From assembly GCA_038041305.1 (NCBI GenBank), contig JBBTGV010000033.1, forward strand, positions 1 to 54,525: a stretch of DNA of 54,525 nt, given 5' to 3'. Below the pieces are notes generated by a model that saw only the letters and a program-made list of their open reading frames with translations, was not told the origin of the DNA and searched no databases. A program made the position numbers and the translations under genes. Each line of letters starts with the position of its first letter. Position 1 is the stretch's first letter. The stretch comes from Deltaproteobacteria bacterium (GTDB taxonomy: Bacteria; Desulfobacterota; GWC2-55-46). Shown piece after piece: positions 52,387 to 54,525 of this stretch.

Positions 52387-53270
52387 AATTGCCTCATTGG
52401 TTTAAGGAGCCGAGGCCAGGGGCCTGTCCGATTTCAAAGAGGCTCAACAAGGACGGTTTTGTTGAAAAGACGCTTAAGAACATAGATTCGTTCATGAAAG
52501 AAACGGTTTTTCTGGAGAAAGGGGATGCCTCAACGGGCATCTTGCAGTCAGTTGACCCGAGGGCGAGGATTGCCGGGCTTTTCATGCTTATGGCGTCATG
52601 CGCGATATCAACGAATGCGGCATTCCTCCTTTTTGCCGGCCTTGTTGCCTTTGCGCTCATGAAGCTCTCCGGGGTCTCCGCAGGCGAACTTGGAAAAAGG
52701 GTCTTTATACCGGTGGCGTTCACATTTGTACTGACCTTGCCTGTGTTTTTCAGCCTCTTTGACTCAGGCAACGAGGCCATTGACATAGGCGGCGGGATAC
52801 TGCCCGTTGCTATAACCAAAGAAGGCCTTTTGACCGGGTTTGTTTTCATCCTGAGGGTAACGGTTATGGTCTCGTTCTCCGCCCTGATACTCGTTACGAC
52901 GACGCATAACGGGCTTTTTGGAGGCCTTAAGGGGCTTAAAATTCCGGGGTTTTTCATAACAGCGCTTTTCATGACCTTCAGATACATATTCATACTTTTA
53001 AAGCTGCTTGAAGACTCCGCGCTTGCAAGGAAATCAAGGATGATAAGCCCAACCGGGTTTACAGAAGCCCGGACCTGGTTCGCCTCCCGCCTGTCTCTTC
53101 TGCTCGCAAGGTCTCTGCACACTGCCGAGGCGGTCTCAGGCGCAATGGAGTCGCGGGGCTTTTCAGGCGTTGTAAGGACGTTTAAGGCCGAGGGCCTTAA
53201 GCCCCGGGACTATGTCTTTATATGGGCTTCAATATTCGTGTTTCTTGTTTCCGTTGGATTAGGCGTTTAA
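52371..53270 (+). CDS. cbiQ: ECF transporter transmembrane (T) component CbiQ
   Basis: LQSVDPRARIAGL, a multi-TM body, and the ARKSR coupling-helix motif. Start is uncertain (52359, 52371 or 52494). Confidence 0.8.
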   Translation: MAGEVKLPHWFKEPRPGACPISKRLNKDGFVEKTLKNIDSFMKETVFLEKGDASTGILQSVDPRARIAGLFMLMASCAISTNAAFLLFAGLVAFALMKLSGVSAGELGKRVFIPVAFTFVLTLPVFFSLFDSGNEAIDIGGGILPVAITKEGLLTGFVFILRVTVMVSFSALILVTTTHNGLFGGLKGLKIPGFFITALFMTFRYIFILLKLLEDSALARKSRMISPTGFTEARTWFASRLSLLLARSLHTAEAVSGAMESRGFSGVVRTFKAEGLKPRDYVFIWASIFVFLVSVGLGV

Positions 53271-53277
53271 AATCTTG

Positions 53278-54123
53278 ATGAACGAACTTATATACAGATT
53301 AAGCAATGTGAGCTATTCATACGGCGCCGCGTGCGCGGTAGAGGACTTTAGCTTAAGCATCTCCGGCGGAGAGACGGTGGCCGTGCTCGGTTCAAACGGC
53401 AGCGGAAAGACAACGCTTTTAAAGATGCTGAACGGCCTGTTGTTCCCCACGGACGGCGCCATTGAGTTCTCAGGCGCGCCGCTTAAGGAAGAGGCCCTTA
53501 CCGGGGAATTCCGCAGGTGTTTCAGGGAAAGGGTCGGCTACGTATTCCCTGAAAGCGATGTGCAGCTTTTCTGTCCGACCGTGTTTGACGAGCTTGCGTT
53601 CGGGCCGCTTCAGCTTCAGATGCCGGATGACGAGGTCAGGGGGAGGGTTTCAAGCCTTATGGAGATGCTCGGCATTGAGGCCCTTAAGGCCCGGCCTCCG
53701 TACACCTTAAGCACGGGCGAGAAAAAAAAGGTGGCGATCGCGTCCGTGCTTTCAATCAACCCGGACGTGCTTTTGCTTGATGAGCCGACCGACGGGCTTG
53801 ACCCGAGGTCGCAGGTCTGGCTGTTTGAGGTCCTTCAGGGGTTAAGGGAGCTGAAAAAGACAATCATTATTTCAACCCACGACCTAAGCCTCGCGGAGGA
53901 CTTGACCGAAAGGTCGGTGGTCATTGACGAGTCGCACCATAAGGCGGCGGACGGCCCGACTCACGAGATTTTGAACAACAGGGAGCTGCTCTTGAGGGCG
54001 AACATGATACACGAGCACACGCACAGGCACGGGGCAATCGTTCATTCGCACAGCCACGGGCCTTTCTCAAGGCATGACGAGCATGATTTCGCGGATAAAG
54101 AAAGAAAAAGGAGAGGGGATTGA
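53278..54123 (+). CDS. cbiO: ECF transporter ATPase CbiO with His-rich C-terminal tail
   Basis: GSNGSGKTTLLKMLNG (Walker A), LSTGEKKKVAIASVL (signature), LLLDEPTDGLD (Walker B). The tail is HEHTHRHGAIVHSHSHGPFSRHDEH. Confidence 0.9.
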   Translation: MNELIYRLSNVSYSYGAACAVEDFSLSISGGETVAVLGSNGSGKTTLLKMLNGLLFPTDGAIEFSGAPLKEEALTGEFRRCFRERVGYVFPESDVQLFCPTVFDELAFGPLQLQMPDDEVRGRVSSLMEMLGIEALKARPPYTLSTGEKKKVAIASVLSINPDVLLLDEPTDGLDPRSQVWLFEVLQGLRELKKTIIISTHDLSLAEDLTERSVVIDESHHKAADGPTHEILNNRELLLRANMIHEHTHRHGAIVHSHSHGPFSRHDEHDFADKERKRRGD

Positions 54124-54125
54124 AA

Positions 54126-54525
54126 ATGAAAAAGTTCGTCCTTTTGTTGGCCTCAATGCTCTTTTTTTCGCCCGTCGCGTTGATGGCAGACGACGCAGGG
54201 CGCGGCGCGCAAGACGAGGAGGTTCAGGAACTCGGGCACAAGCTCCACCCCATACACAGCCTGTACGGCCTTAAGATAAGCGGGGGGCTCACGCTCGTGG
54301 CGCAGGGCGCAACAGCGGGCGCTGACAACAACGCAAATGGCGCATTTTCGGCCTCGGCGGACATCTCGCTTGAAACGCCCGTTGGAGAGGAAGGCAGGGT
54401 CGTAGGGGTCCTTGACTTTCAGAGGGGCGCGGGCATAACAGGGCTTCCAACGCTCTTTGCGTCTCCAAACGGCAATGCAACGGGCGTAAACAGCGACATA
54501 GAATCATTTGACAGCAATACGGTGA
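54126..54525 (+). CDS. putative outer-membrane porin, N-terminal part (runs off window end)
   Basis: Not in the ORF track (no stop). ATG 54126 lies 2 nt after the cbiO stop, with GGAGAGGGGA upstream. Signal peptide MKKFVLLLASMLFFSPVALMA, then an alternating beta-strand-like sequence (LKISGGLTLVAQGATAG...SADISLE...VVGVLDFQ). Confidence 0.5.
   Translation, partial: MKKFVLLLASMLFFSPVALMADDAGRGAQDEEVQELGHKLHPIHSLYGLKISGGLTLVAQGATAGADNNANGAFSASADISLETPVGEEGRVVGVLDFQRGAGITGLPTLFASPNGNATGVNSDIESFDSNTV

Overview
This is a chromosomal, mostly housekeeping window from a moderate-GC bacterium, probably an anaerobe or microaerophile with a PEP-CTERM/sigma-54 lifestyle. All family calls come from reading motifs in the supplied translations; no searches were run.

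Contents in order:
- Start of the window: a peptide/nickel-type ABC importer (substrate-binding protein plus two permeases), rpoD, and a Cache-HAMP-GGDEF diguanylate cyclase.
- The conserved yggS-proC-yggT-yggU block, a DsrE-like gene and queF.
- A cobalamin lower-pathway operon, cobQ-cbiB...cobD, with a two-subunit ADP-forming acyl-CoA synthetase embedded in it.
- rsmE, an EamA transporter, and a PEP-CTERM protein behind a sigma-54 promoter.
- A repeat-rich intergenic region with tRNA-Arg(CCG) and tRNA-Lys(CTT).
- A cobalamin riboswitch in front of a ThiC-family gene, likely the benzimidazole synthase BzaF.
- A respiratory island, described below.
- Housekeeping genes: PEBP, a lipid-kinase-like gene, a CDF transporter, a UvrD-like helicase, DJ-1, an amidase, rdgB, cspA, citrate synthase, an M23 peptidase, a rhodanese and ogt.
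- A PerR-like/ahpC/sigma-factor operon and a frameshift-split Ca-binding-motif gene.
- A COG2509-type flavoprotein, trmJ, and a soluble DAC-domain (c-di-AMP) protein.
- A second cobalamin riboswitch controlling cbiX-cbiC(fusion)-cbiM(N)-cbiQ-cbiO plus a tightly coupled putative porin that runs off the window end.

No CRISPR array, transposase, integrase or recognisable defence system was seen.

The best candidate for something undescribed is the respiratory island at about 23.3-31.9 kb. It contains:
- A bc-type cytochrome b (helices A-F) fused to a 2x[4Fe-4S] ferredoxin and an MvhD-like domain, with no Rieske or cytochrome c partner.
- A convergent operon: [48-aa TM peptide]-CuA subunit II-B-family-like haem-copper subunit I lacking the cross-linked Tyr (NOR-like)-[44-aa TM peptide]-a second subunit-I paralogue that has lost both helix-VII CuB histidines-ctaB-sco1.
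- A divergent DUF2249-hemerythrin gene with an FNR/DNR-like box.
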